A stretch of 43,396 nt of DNA from Octopus bimaculoides (lineage: Eukaryota). The stretch spans positions 168,447,915-168,491,310 of the forward strand of contig NC_068981.1 of the NCBI RefSeq assembly GCF_001194135.2, in the 5' to 3' direction. Below are positions 11,708 through 24,704 of the stretch, in pieces. The notes under the pieces are model-generated. The model was given only the letters and a program-made list of their open reading frames with translations. It made no database searches and was not told where the DNA came from. Numbering within the stretch: position 1 is the first letter of the stretch; every line of letters starts with the position of its first letter. The position numbers and the translations under genes are program-made.

Positions 11708-13735
11708 AACCACTTTGACATGACCTTTTATATGGTAACATGACTTTTCTTTTTGGGGTGGGGGCACTGAACTGTCTTGAAAGATTTGGTTTTCATTCAG
11801 TTATTCAAAGAAAGAATAGATTACAATGGCTTCCCATTACTTTCTTAAGGCCCACAAAAAGATTTGAACTCAGTACAGCAAGGTAATGAATCTGTCATCA
11901 GTTTTACAGTTTGTATGGAGTATTCCTCCCATGTGGTTCTTACTTGGAGCTTGATGAAGTCATTTCATACTTATCTTCATTGAGTGTGAAACCTTTGGTG
12001 TGCATTCAATGTCACAAACATGATACTTATTATGGGTCTTGTCTGTGTTGAGTGTTAAGTATCTTGACCTGATTGAGTGTTAACCATAAGCTATTTTGAG
12101 TGAAGTATCAAGATCATTTTGCATGTTCTTACTATACAGATTAAGTGTCCTGAATGTGTTGAGTGCTAAACAACCTGGTCAAGTTAAGTGTTAAGCGTAT
12201 TGGCCCTGTTAACTGTCATGACTCTGCTGAGTACTGCTTTGGACTAAAGCTAAATTTATCATTTTATGTCCAAGACATTAATATTTATAAGTTCAGACTG
12301 CACCTTATCTTAATGAGGCAATGGATAATTACCTTCTTCTCTGGATTCATAATCTGAAGGTGAAAACGTNNNNNNNNNNTTTTTTTTTTTTTTTTTTTTT
12401 GAGAAAAACAAACTTTATAGAATCATACTCGGTAGCAAATATATGTTACTTTAAATAGAAAATCAATAAGGAAGCAGGAGTATTGATTTCCTACATAGAA
12501 ACTAGGCATTAGATTTATTATTTCTTGCCACTGTACTTATCTTTGGTCTCTATGGCTTTAAGAGGATAAGAATCAAATTACCCTTGGGATAGGATGTTAA
12601 TCTTTCATAGCCAGGAAGAGAAACCTCCCACACAAATTCAAACGTTACAATAATTTCATGGTACCACTATTATTTTCTATGGCTAATTGTAGCTATTTTT
12701 AGCAGTGGTGCCTGGTGGTTCTTGGTACATGGTGATATTGAATTATCTGGAATAAGTATCAACATATAAGCTCTATGCTATTTCTATACATAAAACAACT
12801 TCGCCCTAAATTAATCTTTGATCTTTGAATGTGTATTATTAGATCTGAAAATAAATTACAGTTAAATTATATCACGCTATCACAAGAAAATAATTATTAT
12901 AAAGAAAATTTACTATCATTGGTATCTTCCATGGGTGTATGGTGCTCACCAATCATATCCAGAATATATCTACCATGTCATACAGGATATATATATGAAC
13001 CAAGATTGAACCAAGATACTTGATGAAATGATATTAAAAAAAATCTTTGAAATAAACTGTTCCAATAAAGAAACAGCCACCTAGGGTCAGTTTGGGATGT
13101 CCTTGACTTCAGAATGACTCTCATGAACTACAAAGAGCAAGCCATCTCTCCCTGTTGTGGTCTCTGACCTACAATTCACAAAGTAAGCGCATTCAGCAAT
13201 AGAAAATTTGTTGCATTCACCCACCTTTGGCAAATTTTCTAGAGAGCAGATACAGAATCTTGGATATAAATACACAAAACTGCATTATGAAAATATATTA
13301 GTGACAGAGGATCAACTTCTAGACTTTTGGTTTGTTAGTTTAAGTTTGGGTTCATTCCATGTTGCAGCACCTTGAGTAAGTGATTTCTGCAGGTTGACCA
13401 GAGACCAGTTAGTGAAATTTGGTAGAAGGAAACTGTGAAGAAACCTAATAGATGGTTCATTCATGTTTTTATGTAATAGACTTAAGCAATCATCCAGTTC
13501 AACACCACTTTTTGAGCATTGGGTGCGTTTTTGTGGAGTCCATATTGTTGACAACATTTGACCCATGTCCCTAGTCTAAGGATAATTTCTTCTGATCAAC
13601 AACAACAACAAGCAAATAACAACAATAACAAGCAAATAACAACATGGCTAACCTGAGATTAAACAACGTTAATAACCCTAGATAGACAGGGAAGTATTTA
13701 AGTGATTCAAGATTAGACATGCACCACCACCACCA

Positions 13736-14764
13736 CCACTAGTTATTTTTTCAAAGCTATAATGGAAGTGACAAAGGAGCATATTCAGCATATTTTGCTT
13801 TATGAGTTCAATAAAGCCAACGACACAACAGAAAGTTTGAGGAATATTAATGCAGTATATGGGGATCGGACAATAAGCATAAGCCAGTGTCAATGTAAGT
13901 TCCAGAAACTCTGAGCCGGAAACTACAGTCTAGAAGATGAGCCTCATCCTGAAAGATCTGTAGGAGCTCAACAAGGATGTCCTGCAAACCCTGGTGGAAC
14001 GAAATCCCATTGTAACTGTTGAGGAATTAACAGAGAAGCTTGGATTTGGTCATTCAACCTTTCATCAACACCTGCATGCCATTGGAAAAGTCAACAAATT
14101 GGGTCAATGAGTTCCTCACAAACTTTCCAAGTCTATTCATGTGCAGAGTGACTGTGTGCTCTTCTTTGCTGTCATGTCTCACAAATGAACCCTTTTTTTT
14201 TGGTCTTCACCCACGTATGGTGTTGTTACCTGTTTGGTGGGATATGAAAGGTTTAGTCCACTTTGAACTTTAAACCCAAAATAAGTGATAACAAAGGAGA
14301 TCTACTGTGAGCAGCTTGAATGGCTGAAGTCAGCACTAGAAGAAAAATGATCATCTTTGGTTTCAATACGAAAGGTGCTCTTCTATCAGGATAATGCTTG
14401 GACACATACAGTGAGGATGACATTCCAAAGGCTGGATCAGTTTGAATGGGAAATGATGCCCCACCTACAATACTCACCGGACATTGCTCCACCTGATTAT
14501 CATTTATTCCACAATCTTCAAAATCATTTGGATGGAAAAAATATGAATTCTGTAGATGAGGTCAGAACAGTACGGGAGGAGTATTTTTCATCACAGACAA
14601 GGGAATTTTGGAAGAGGGGCCTTGCGAGTCTACCAGATAGATGGAAGAGCATTGTAGAAAATGAAGGAGTGAATATTTTAGATTAAAAAATAACTTTGTT
14701 TATCGTGATTTTGAAAAATAAAAGAAGTATAAAAAAACCACATTATTTATGGGATGACCCAATA
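13736..14764 (+). mobile_element. Defective mariner (DD34D) transposon; transposase pseudogene ~13762-14686; right TIR ~14736-14762 plus TA
   Basis: MEVTKEHIQHILLYEFNK...SLEDEPHPER N-terminus; GLHPRMVLLPVWWD; DNAWTH...YSPDIAPPDYHLF with 34 residues between the two aspartates. The 3' end reads ttatttatgggatgacccaaTA. Stops, frameshifts and an internal deletion are present. Confidence 0.92.
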
Positions 14765-15007
14765 CACACACACACATTTCTATAAACTTTAGCAAAATAT
14801 AATCAAAAGATTAAAGAATATGCATTGCCCTGAAAATAAACCTGTTCTGTTGTCTAGTTCTACTTACTTCTGCTGCTTAGGGTGGTTTAGGTAGATGGTA
14901 CTATAAATGAGAACTTAGTTGACCAGCTCTAGGTATCCTGGAATATCTGAGCCATACTATGGCACAGATATTCACATCGAACCCCACTCACTGGGGTTGG
15001 ATGAGGT

Positions 15008-15229
15008 TTAACCCCTTTGTTAGCATATTTCTGTAGAAATACTATAACTTTGTTTTAATTAATTTTGAAAATAAGGAAGAATTTAGTAAAAGAACTTTGT
15101 TATCATTAAGCTGGAGTTTAGAACATAAATTAACATGAAATTCTAATGAAAAGTTTTTAATTTAGATCACTCAAAAACAAGAAGTTTCTACCACAGTAAT
15201 GTCAAGTGGGTTTGTATCAAAAGGGTTAA
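15008..15229. mobile_element. TTAA-flanked MITE (piggyBac-like), family 2
   Basis: TTAA-CCCCTTTG ... CAAAAGGG-TTAA. The internal sequence is unrelated to family 1. Confidence 0.7.
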
Positions 15230-15289
15230 TGAAAGCAGTAGGTGGTGGCTGAAAACTAGCGTGAGGAGGAGTGAAATGTGAGGGAGAGA

Positions 15290-15297
15290 TAGGTAGG

Positions 15298-15357
<60 letters not shown>

Positions 15358-15515
15358 CAGACAGATAGACAGACAGACAGAGAGATAGATAGATAGTCAG
15401 ACATACAAACAGAGAGACAGACAGAGAGACAGACGGACAGAGAGACAGATAGATAAATAGATAGATAGACCGAGAAAGAGGAAAAGAGAGAAAGAGAGAG
15501 AGAGAGGGAGAGAGA

Positions 15516-15580
<65 letters not shown>

Positions 15581-15590
15581 TGAGACAGAT
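15290..15590. repeat. Compound (GATA)n/(GACA)n/(GA)n microsatellite
   Basis: Direct read. Confidence 0.97.
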
Positions 15591-16270
15591 ATTAAGAATT
15601 AAGAAGTTCGATCAACCTCAACTGACTTCAGTACTCCGCCAGTTTTTGTTAATGTTAAAGAGACTTTTGAATCATCTGTGCACCTAACAGTCATTTCACC
15701 GATTGACATTTGATTGAACTAATATCTGATCAATGGATGAATAACAGAATGGACACATAGACATTTATCCAAATGGGTTTATGGTTCAACTGGCTTTCAC
15801 CCAACAAGTGAAACACTGAGTAGACAACTGGCAAATTTGTTGGTTCTTTTAATACAGATATAAAATATGCATGCAATAAATCTATTTGAATCTCTTTTGA
15901 TTTTAATGTCATTCTCATTAATATATTGTTAATAGCAAAAAAACAACCACATTATTTGGAAACAATTTGTATTAATTTGCTCAATTTCACTTTAACTAGT
16001 GGCTGGTTCCTTATTTGAACTTTTTAGGCTTGCCAAAACCAAGCCAACATCAACCAGTTTGCCAAGACCCTGATGGAGTTGCTATTTAGGAGCAAGTTTT
16101 TGCTTCTTTGAAGATCATGGAATTTATGCCAACATGAGGAAGGAGGAAGCTTTTACTTGATGGCGAGGCTTACATCATTGATAAATGAAGAGTAATGTAA
16201 CAACCTAAGTACAAAAGAAGTTATGGAAAACTAGGTGACTAAAAGCAAGTAATAAGGTTAAAAGCATTGT

Positions 16271-16810
16271 GAAGCCACGTGGCTTAGTGGTTAGCATATT
16301 TGGTTCACAGTCATAAGGTCATGAGTTCGATTTCCAGTTGCACATTGTGTCATTGTGCAAGGCACTTTATTCCATGTTGCTCCAGTCCACTCAGTTGGTA
16401 AAAATGAGTTGCACCTGTGATTTGAAGGGCCAGCCTTGTCACACTGTGTGTCATGCTGAAACTTCCTGAGAACTACGTGAAGAGTATATGTGCTTGTGGA
16501 GCACTCAGCCACTTGCACATTAATTTCATGAGTATGCCGTTGCATTCATCAGAACAACTGAAACACTTGTTGTCATGGTATTTATTTCATTTTGCTCCAG
16601 TCCACTCCGCTGGCAAAAATGTGTAGTACCTGTATTTCAAATGGCCAGCCTTGTTCACATCATGTGTCATGCTGAATCTCCCTGGGAACTACATCAGGGG
16701 TACATGTGTCTGTGGAGTGCTCAGCCACTTGTACATTAATTTCACCAGTCGGCTGCTCCATTGATCAGATTAACTGGAACCCTAACTGTCGTAACTGACC
16801 GAGTGCCAAT
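16271..16810 (+). mobile_element. tRNA-derived SINE family C (16271-~16575) followed by a headless second copy (~16577-16810)
   Basis: A box TGGCTTAGTGG, B box GAGTTCGATTTCC. The body tgctccagtccactc...gccagccttg...ctcagccacttg occurs twice. Confidence 0.8.
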
Positions 16811-17129
16811 CTAATATGTGAGTGAAGCCAGTTAAAATTTGTTCTTTAGAACAGTACAGAAAATTTAAAAGAAAGATCCAGTCAGAGGCAGTGACATCAA
16901 TTATTATATAAAACTGCCCTAGTGAGAACCCATTTAAGTGTAGGTGTTCTTCTTAGAAACTTTTGCAAGGATGGTACACAGATAATACATGTCACTAGCT
17001 GGGGTTTTAACTGACATCAGTTTGAAGAAAATATTTGTCATCCATAAAAACAACAACCTGCTAATTCTATAAAATATCTTGCAACTTCTTTCTTTCAAAG
17101 ATCACTAGATGTATGACTGGATTTTTGAT

Positions 17130-17490
17130 TATTATTAAGCTTTCATTTATATATGTATAATGTGTTTTATACTGGATGGGAGCCACAGAATTCCCTTCGT
17201 AAACTGCATCGTAAGGAGCAAAAACTAAATAACATATCACTTCATTTTTAGCACCCTTGAGCAAAAGATTACTGTTTGTAATCCTGTTTTGGTCACCATT
17301 GGCAGAAACAACAAATGTTTATGGATGATTTTTTTCATTTCAGGCAGTGATTGAAGGGTTCAAATATAGGGTTTTAGACTACAGATTTGGTATAAAGCTC
17401 CAAGAAATACATACATTATTATTTTGTTCAGGCTTTAGTATTTGTGCCAATCATTGACATCACTGAAAGATTTAATGAATTAGTCTTATG
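17130..17490 (+). mobile_element. Decayed Mutator-like (MULE) transposase fragment
   Basis: Manual translation with frameshifts gives IPFVNC, TYHFIFSTLEQK, G*FFHFRQ (cf. the MULE GCFFHF.Q motif) and ALVFVPIIDITERFNELV (cf. ALAFVP..DV...F.EL), in the expected order. Confidence 0.5.
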
Positions 17491-17509
17491 AGGACACTGA
17501 TGAGCATTA

Positions 17510-18070
<561 letters not shown>

Positions 18071-18171
18071 ATACATACATGCACACATGCATACACCAAG
18101 CTGTTGTAAATGACATCAAATGTAAAAAACAGTTACACATATCTTTACACATACTTCTGTACTCTCTCTCT

Positions 18172-18315
18172 CTCTTTTACTCTCTTTTACTTGTTTCAGT
18201 CTTTTGACTGTGGCAATGCTGGAGCACCACCTTTAGTCGAGCAAATTGACCCCAGGACTTATTCTTTGTAAGCCTAGTACTTATTCACAAACACACACAC
18301 ACACACACGCACACG

Positions 18316-18367
<52 letters not shown>

Positions 18368-18537
18368 CATATATACAATGGGTTCTTTTAGTTTCCGTCT
18401 ACCAAATCCATTCAAATCCATTTGGTTGGCCCGAGGCTATAGTAGAAGACACTTGCCCAAGATGCCACGCAGTGGGACTGAACCTGAAACCATGTGGTTG
18501 GTAAGCAAGCTACTTACCACACAGCCACTCCTACGCC
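18172..18537 (-). mobile_element. SINE family A, young copy with an internal deletion near 18288
   Basis: Reverse complement of the family A head and tail. tacttattc joins directly to acaaacacac. Confidence 0.9.
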
Positions 18538-19719
18538 TATAACTATTTTATAGATGATTTGATGCCATTTACAACCACTTGTCCATCTTTTATTGTGATA
18601 TACTTGCATTAGCTTGACTGGTACATTGCCTATAGCCAACTCTTTAATTGCCTGGATCTCATCTCCCTTCATTCAGTGTTGGATTTTAGGTATCTGGCCT
18701 GGTCTGAGCACTTTTAGGCAACAACAAAAGCAACACTGTATAAGTAAGAATATTGTTCTTTTGTACTGCTAAATCTGAGCCTCAATGTCGATCTGTATAA
18801 AGCAATACAAAAGAAAAATCACTTCAGTGTGCTTAGCCAAGTAACAGATGCTTTTATCATTTTCTCCTCTTTATCATTCATCCTTGTCTGCCTCATCTTA
18901 GGATTTAAACCTCCAAACCCTGGTTCTGATTATAGTTTGTGAGTCTTCATTAGTGGTTTGCCTTACCGAGGTGTCAGGTGATGACCACGAGAGTGCTTGG
19001 CTGTTCCTACACCTTAACCTCACCACTGCCTGTGGTAATGTCGCAAGTGTATTGGCTTGCTTCAGTAGGTTCTGTTAAACCTTGTGGTGTGCAACCAACT
19101 GAAGCACTTAGTGTTGAATTGATGTATTTTTCTTATTTCTTTCTTTCTGTCTCTTTTTCTTTTTTCTTTCTTCACTCATGTTTGTGTATTCTTTGATTTT
19201 GCATTTGTATTTTAATGTGGTTTTGTATTATATATTGCATCACACACATATGTTTTGTATATGTAATTATTAAATTCAAAGCTTGCGAGTGGTTGTCATT
19301 GATGCATAAAAATCTATTCTGTTGTTCCATTCCTCAATTGAATTCCTCATGCATAGATATTCAACTGATTTGTTGAGAGGGATTTTTAAATTACACACAT
19401 AGAAATAAATGCTCACACACAATAAAATTACATATGATTACACATTTATTGTTTAAAAAGCATACACAATACGATAATACTTTAAAATAGACACACACAT
19501 TCACATACATATACAATCATACATAGATATAAATTCATTTGAGTGTTTAAAAAAGCAAAACACACAAATGATACTTTATAATTGCAGCTTTCTATCAAGA
19601 AATGAATTTGTTAGTATTTTCCAAAATAAGAAAATTAACAAACTCAAATGAAAATATTTTCATGCACATTTTGGCAAAATGGAATTGTAATAATCCTTTC
19701 TACTATGGACACATGGCCT

Positions 19720-20225
19720 GAAATTTTGAGAGAAAGTTCTAGTTGATTCCGTGAATCCTTGTGCTTGATTGGTACCTATTTTCTTATTGTATTGATCTTA
19801 GGAGAATGAAAGGCAAATTGGACCTAGGTGGAATTTGAACTCAGAGTGTAAAGCTGAAAGAAATACCACTAAACAGTTTGTATGGCCTGCTAACAATTCT
19901 GTCAGCCCACCACCTTCAAATGGAGCAGTAATATTGGCAAGATTTTATGGAATTGAAGCTGTATTTCACCAAATAATTTTGGAAGAAAAAATTATATTCT
20001 TTATAATTTAAGTTGTCTTGCTTTAGAAACAAAATTGGCCATGGTAGTAGTTAAAATATTAATTTCTAACACAAGAACTACACCTGAAAATTTGAAAGAA
20101 AGCTTAATCATTTTTTTTTTTTTTATTGAACTGTCTGGTACCTGAACTTAGAACACGAAGGGAGATAACTAAATACTGCAACACATTTTGTTCAAAGCTG
20201 ATCGATTCTGCCAATCTACAACACT
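19720..20225 (-). mobile_element. Two degenerate SINE-B copies (~19720-19920 and ~20070-20225)
   Basis: gaatgaaaggcaaattggacctaggtggaatttgaactcagag and related motifs. Confidence 0.6.
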
Positions 20226-20704
20226 TAAGTTAAAATGTAATCAGAAAAAGATAATGGTGAAAGAACTAAATCAATACATCTCATACTTTCTTTTCTTTTG
20301 TATCCATTTCATGCAAGCTTAGAGAAGATGCTTTTTTGTTGCCCAATTAGATGCTCTTTTTGTCAGTGACATCTATAAATTGGGAAGTAGAAGTGGAAGG
20401 TGTTGTTTGTTAGACAAACTGAAGCAAGCAGTGTTATGTGTTTTTATCAAGGTACGCAATACAATGGCCCTGGTTTCAAGGTTTGATCCCATGACTCACA
20501 ATCTTTGGCCTTTAGAAAATTAATAATGAAAATTCATAAACATGGAGTTTCTATGTGGCTGCTCAACCTACTAGAAATACCAGCCTAAATTTCTTCATAT
20601 CACACTCTTCTGAAATTTTGAGTTAATCACTCATTTTCTCTTTAGTGAAACCCTAGGACTTACAACATCAGAGCATCTATGCTTTATAAATGACTGAGAT
20701 TAAA

Positions 20705-20900
20705 ACACTTACCCTTGAATAGGATGCCAGTCCATCACAGGGTTAACTTTCCCACTGTTGCTAGAACTCATACACAACCGAGTTGGCTGGAGCAGCATGA
20801 AGTGTTTAACCTGAGAACACAATCCATCCACCTGGACTGGGAATCCAAACCATAACCGTAATATCACAAAGGCAACATCCTAACCTCTAGGCTATGCTGT
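20705..20900 (-). mobile_element. Degenerate tRNA-derived SINE of a further family
   Basis: ggatgccagtccatcacagggtt...aagtgtttaacctgagaacacaa...gggaatccaaacc, a reverse-oriented core plus B-box-like head. Confidence 0.45.
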
Positions 20901-21450
20901 TTCACAAATACTCCTTTACATAGGTTTTAAAAAACAAGAGAGAGGTGACAAAGAATTTGACATGCAAATGGAATGGATACATTATTTATATCTTTCCCAC
21001 TTGTTCTTAAAATCCTTTGTGAAGGAGTAGTTAACATGAAATATCAGAATATCAGGATCATCTGCTTTAAAAAAGAGTTGGAGAGGAGATGCTATATAAA
21101 GTAATCCTAGATAACTATACCTAAAAAAAAAAAAAAAAANNNNNNNNNNAAAAAAAAAAAAAGAAAATGACAATGGGATGGTCATAGCTGGAAAACTTTT
21201 GATGATAGCTCAGCTTGATCAGGGCTGAACAACAACAACAACAACAGCTGCTGCTACCGCCACCAAGGCCATTGCCACCAAGGCCATCACCACCAAGGTC
21301 ATCACCACCACCACCGCATGAACACCGGGGTGTGTGGGGGTGTGATGTAATTAACTTAGCCCCACCCAAAAACTGCTGGCCTAGTGCCAAAATTTGAAAC
21401 CAGTATTATACAAAGTTAGTCTTGTAGATTTGCTTCTTTTTTTTGGATAG

Positions 21451-21840
21451 TATCTTTTACATGTTTCAGCTATTGGACTGTGGCCATGCTGGGACATTGC
21501 CTTGAAGGGTTTTTAGTTAAATGAATCAAACCCCAGTACTTTTTTTTTTTGAAGCCTGGTACTTATTCTATCAGTCTCTTTTTGCTGAACCACCAAGTTA
21601 TAGTGATGTAAAAAAACCAACATTGGTTGTCATGTGGTTGTAGGAGATAAACACAAATGTAAAGACACACACACACATACACAGGACTTCCCTCAGTTTC
21701 TGTCTACCAAATTCACTCGCAAGGCTTTATTTGGCTTGAGGTTATAGTAGAAGACATTTATACAAGGTGCTACACAATGGAACTGAACTTGGAATCATAT
21801 GGTCAAGATGCAAACTTCTTATCACACAACCATGCCTGCA
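21451..21840 (-). mobile_element. SINE family A, older copy
   Basis: Degenerate reverse complement of family A from tail to head. Confidence 0.8.
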
Positions 21841-22017
21841 GTATGATGTGGTCTAAAGGAAATTTGGTTGCTATTTGTAGCAATTTGAGTGACCACTTAC
21901 AGACTCTCTTGTTATCTTGTGTTATATTTGGTTTGGGATAGAGATGGCATTTAATCTCTTATGTAACAAAAAATGTGATTGTTTGGGAATAATTTTCCAC
22001 TTTATTTTATTCCTTTA

Positions 22018-22321
22018 TCTATATATATAAAAATGAGAATGTGTGTCTGTCTGTCTGTCTGTCTGTCTCTGTCTGTCTGTGTGAATCCCTAAAACTCGAG
22101 AACTACGCAACCAATTTCATTCAAATTTTACACATGCCTTACTTAGGGTTCCAGTTGTGTTTTAGTAAAAAGAAATTATTAACTTCTTGCAGAGTTCGAG
22201 CACATGGCAACATAATATCTCCTCCACTATTTAAGTATTACGTGTCAAAAGTGAAACAAAAACACTCATGTCAAATACTTTCACTTTAAAAATGAAACTA
22301 TTCCACTAACTGAAACAATCA
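22018..22321 (+). mobile_element. Helitron-like non-autonomous element (DINE-1/HINE-like), 5' part; runs into a gap
   Basis: A|TC start, TCTATATATATAAAAATG, a (CTGT)n microsatellite, then ctcgagaactacgcaaccaatttcattcaaatttt. This is the architecture of short Helitron/Helentron derivatives. Confidence 0.6.
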
Positions 22322-22679
22322 NNNNNNNNNNNNNNNNNNNNNNNNNNNNNNNNNNNNNNNNNNNNNNNNNNNNNNNNNNNNNNNNNNNNNNNNNNNNNNN
22401 NNNNNNNNNNNNNNNNNNNNNNNNNNNNNNNNNNNNNNNNNNNNNNNNNNNNNNNNNNNNNNNNNNNNNNNNNNNNNNNNNNNNNNNNNNNNNNNNNNNN
22501 NNNNNNNNNNNNNNNNNNNNNNNNNNNNNNNNNNNNNNNNNNNNNNNNNNNNNNNNNNNNNNNNNNNNNNNNNNNNNNNNNNNNNNNNNNNNNNNNNNNN
22601 NNNNNNNNNNNNNNNNNNNNNNNNNNNNNNNNNNNNNNNNNNNNNNNNNNNNNNNNNNNNNNNNNNNNNNNNNNNNNNN

Positions 22680-22870
22680 CACTACAAGAACTGGAGACTA
22701 TTTTAGCTGAAGAATGGACAAAAATTCCTTTGGAAACAATTCAAACTTTGTATGAGTCCATACCTCATAGAATTTAAGCTGTAATGACTGCCAAAGGCAG
22801 TCCTACCCCATATTAAAATAGATTTGTTTGAAATTTTAAAGTGTTTCCATTATTTTGTCCAACCCTTGTA
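22680..22870 (+). mobile_element. Tc1-family transposon right end (transposase C-terminus, TIR and TA)
   Basis: LQELETILAEEWTKIPLETIQTLYESIPHRI*AVMTAKGSPTPY*, then gtgtttccattattttgtccaacccttgTA. The 5' part is in the gap. Confidence 0.85.
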
Positions 22871-22879
22871 TATGCATAT

Positions 22880-23106
22880 ATGTATATCTCTATGTATGTC
22901 TTTGTGTCTGTATTCCTCCCCTGCCACTGCTTGACAACCAGTGTTGGTGTATTTATGTCCTTGTAACTTAGTGCTTTGGTAAAAGTGACTGATAGAACAA
23001 GCACTAGGCATAAAAAATAAATTCTGGGATCGATTTGTTCAACTAAAACCCTTCATGGTGGTGCCCCAGCTTGGCTGCAGTCAAATGACTGAAACAAGTA
23101 AAAGAT
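22880..23106 (+). mobile_element. SINE family A, 3' half
   Basis: ttgacaaccagtgttggtg...cagtcaaatgactgaaacaagtaaaaga. Confidence 0.8.
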
Positions 23107-23129
23107 CTCTTACCTCTCAACACCTGACA

Positions 23130-23385
23130 TAAACCACTTCACTCAATACTCCATGCTCTCTCAATCAAGGGGTCTTATCTTGTAAGCTACTTAGTGACCT
23201 CAATAATGTTAGTATCATGACAATGCACCTAATACCCTCTGTAAAGTGGCTGACATTGAAAAGGGCCCCCAGCCATAGAAACCATGTCACTTTAGACACT
23301 GGAGCTTAACAGTCTTCTGACGTGTCAGACCCTGTGAAATTATCAATCCCATGCCAGTATATGATATGGATGCTAAATGATCATG
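23130..23385 (+). mobile_element. RTE-type 3' tail element, old
   Basis: ccctctgtaaagtggctgacattgaaaagggcccccagccatagaaacc...cccatgccag...atgatcatgataatgat. Confidence 0.65.
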
Positions 23386-24432
23386 ATAATGATCTGTTGG
23401 TTTTGATGGTGCAATTTCGAAATTGTTTGTTCAACAGAAAAGCTTACTCATTAAATTAAAATTAGAATATATGCAACAGAGTTTTCCATAGACAAATGTA
23501 TCTTTAATGTAATCAGGCAGAACCAATGAGATAGTGTTTGATACATTACCGATACATTCCATTTTGAATTACCGATACATTCCATTCAACTAACTTTCTG
23601 TTTACCCAGGTTTGCTCTCAAGGTTTGGGTTGGATTGAGGCTATGATAAAGACACTTGCTCAAGAAACCACATTGTGAGTTTGAACCCAGGACTTCTTGA
23701 TTGAGAAGTAGACTTAGTCATACAAACGTATGTTCTTCTATTGCAACGAATAAAAAAAAAAAATATATTGTTTCTCTAATCTTTTATAGAGTCACAGCTA
23801 TCCCAGCTGATAGAAGAACTATCAAGTTGCTGAAGTGTTTTAAGAAGTTACTTGCTAAGTGATGAATTGTAGGCTCTCACCAGTATTGTACCTCTATATA
23901 TAGACTAAATACTTAAATACTAAATAGTCTAGATAACCAAGGTCAAAATAGATACTATGAGAGGTGGGATAAATTTACTATTGTAACAGATATGTTTTCG
24001 CAATGTTTAAACCATCACATAAGTGTTACTGGATGAGGTGTGGGCTGCACAAGTGTAATTCACTCCATAAATACCATTCAAATTCAAACAACTTTTTGAG
24101 TGGCATACTTCTGACCTAATGAGTTACAAGATGCAAGCTATAAACTTCTCTCAGATTACCCAGATTTGGAATTCAAAAAATTCTTTAATACATGATTAAT
24201 TTTTATTCAGATTTTGGATTAAATATTTTTTCTTCTAGATCCCAGGATCAAGTTTAGGTTCCCATTATGTTAGGCAGACACAGTAATTCTATTTGGTTAG
24301 AAAAGGAGCTTGCACTAACCCCTATCTTCTGGCAACCAACTAGTAAAAGTATATACATGTGTGTGTGTATATATATTGCATAGGCATTGTAAAACTAACA
24401 ACTTGGTGTACAGCTCAATATCCATGTTTCAA

Positions 24433-24655
24433 AGGTGGCGAGCTGGTTGAAATGTTAGCACGCTGGATGAAATGCTTAACAGTATTTCATCTGTCTTTAC
24501 AGTCTGAGTTCAAATTCCACTGAGGTTGACTTTGCCTTTCATTCTTTCAGGGTCAAAAAATTAAGTACCAATTGTGTATTGGGGTCGATCAAATCGACTG
24601 CACCCCCCCACTCTCCCAAAATTTCGAGCTTTGTGCCTAGAGCAGAAAAGAAAAG
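24433..24655 (+). mobile_element. SINE family B, full length
   Basis: ggtggcgagctgg head, gagttcaaattcc B box, family B core and tail. Confidence 0.85.
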
Positions 24656-24704
24656 AATATCCATATGTTTCAGAACAAAATATAAGACAAGTATAGAGCA
24701 GTAA

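Noticed and set aside
12040-12200. Recurring GTTGAGTGTTAA motifs with a partly inverted spacer
   Set aside because: Short, degenerate and irregularly spaced; cannot be distinguished from decayed repeat DNA.
13090-13566. Long frames with few stops on both strands
   Set aside because: No recognisable motif and no consistent splice pair. It needs a tBLASTn/HMM search before any call.
21215-21397. Gln/Pro-rich ORF (QQQQ...PPRP x3)
   Set aside because: It arises from an (AAC)n repeat tail plus a 15-bp x3 micro-duplication, with no splice context.
23545-23586. 19-bp duplication with 23-bp period
   Set aside because: A simple local slippage duplication with no further structure.
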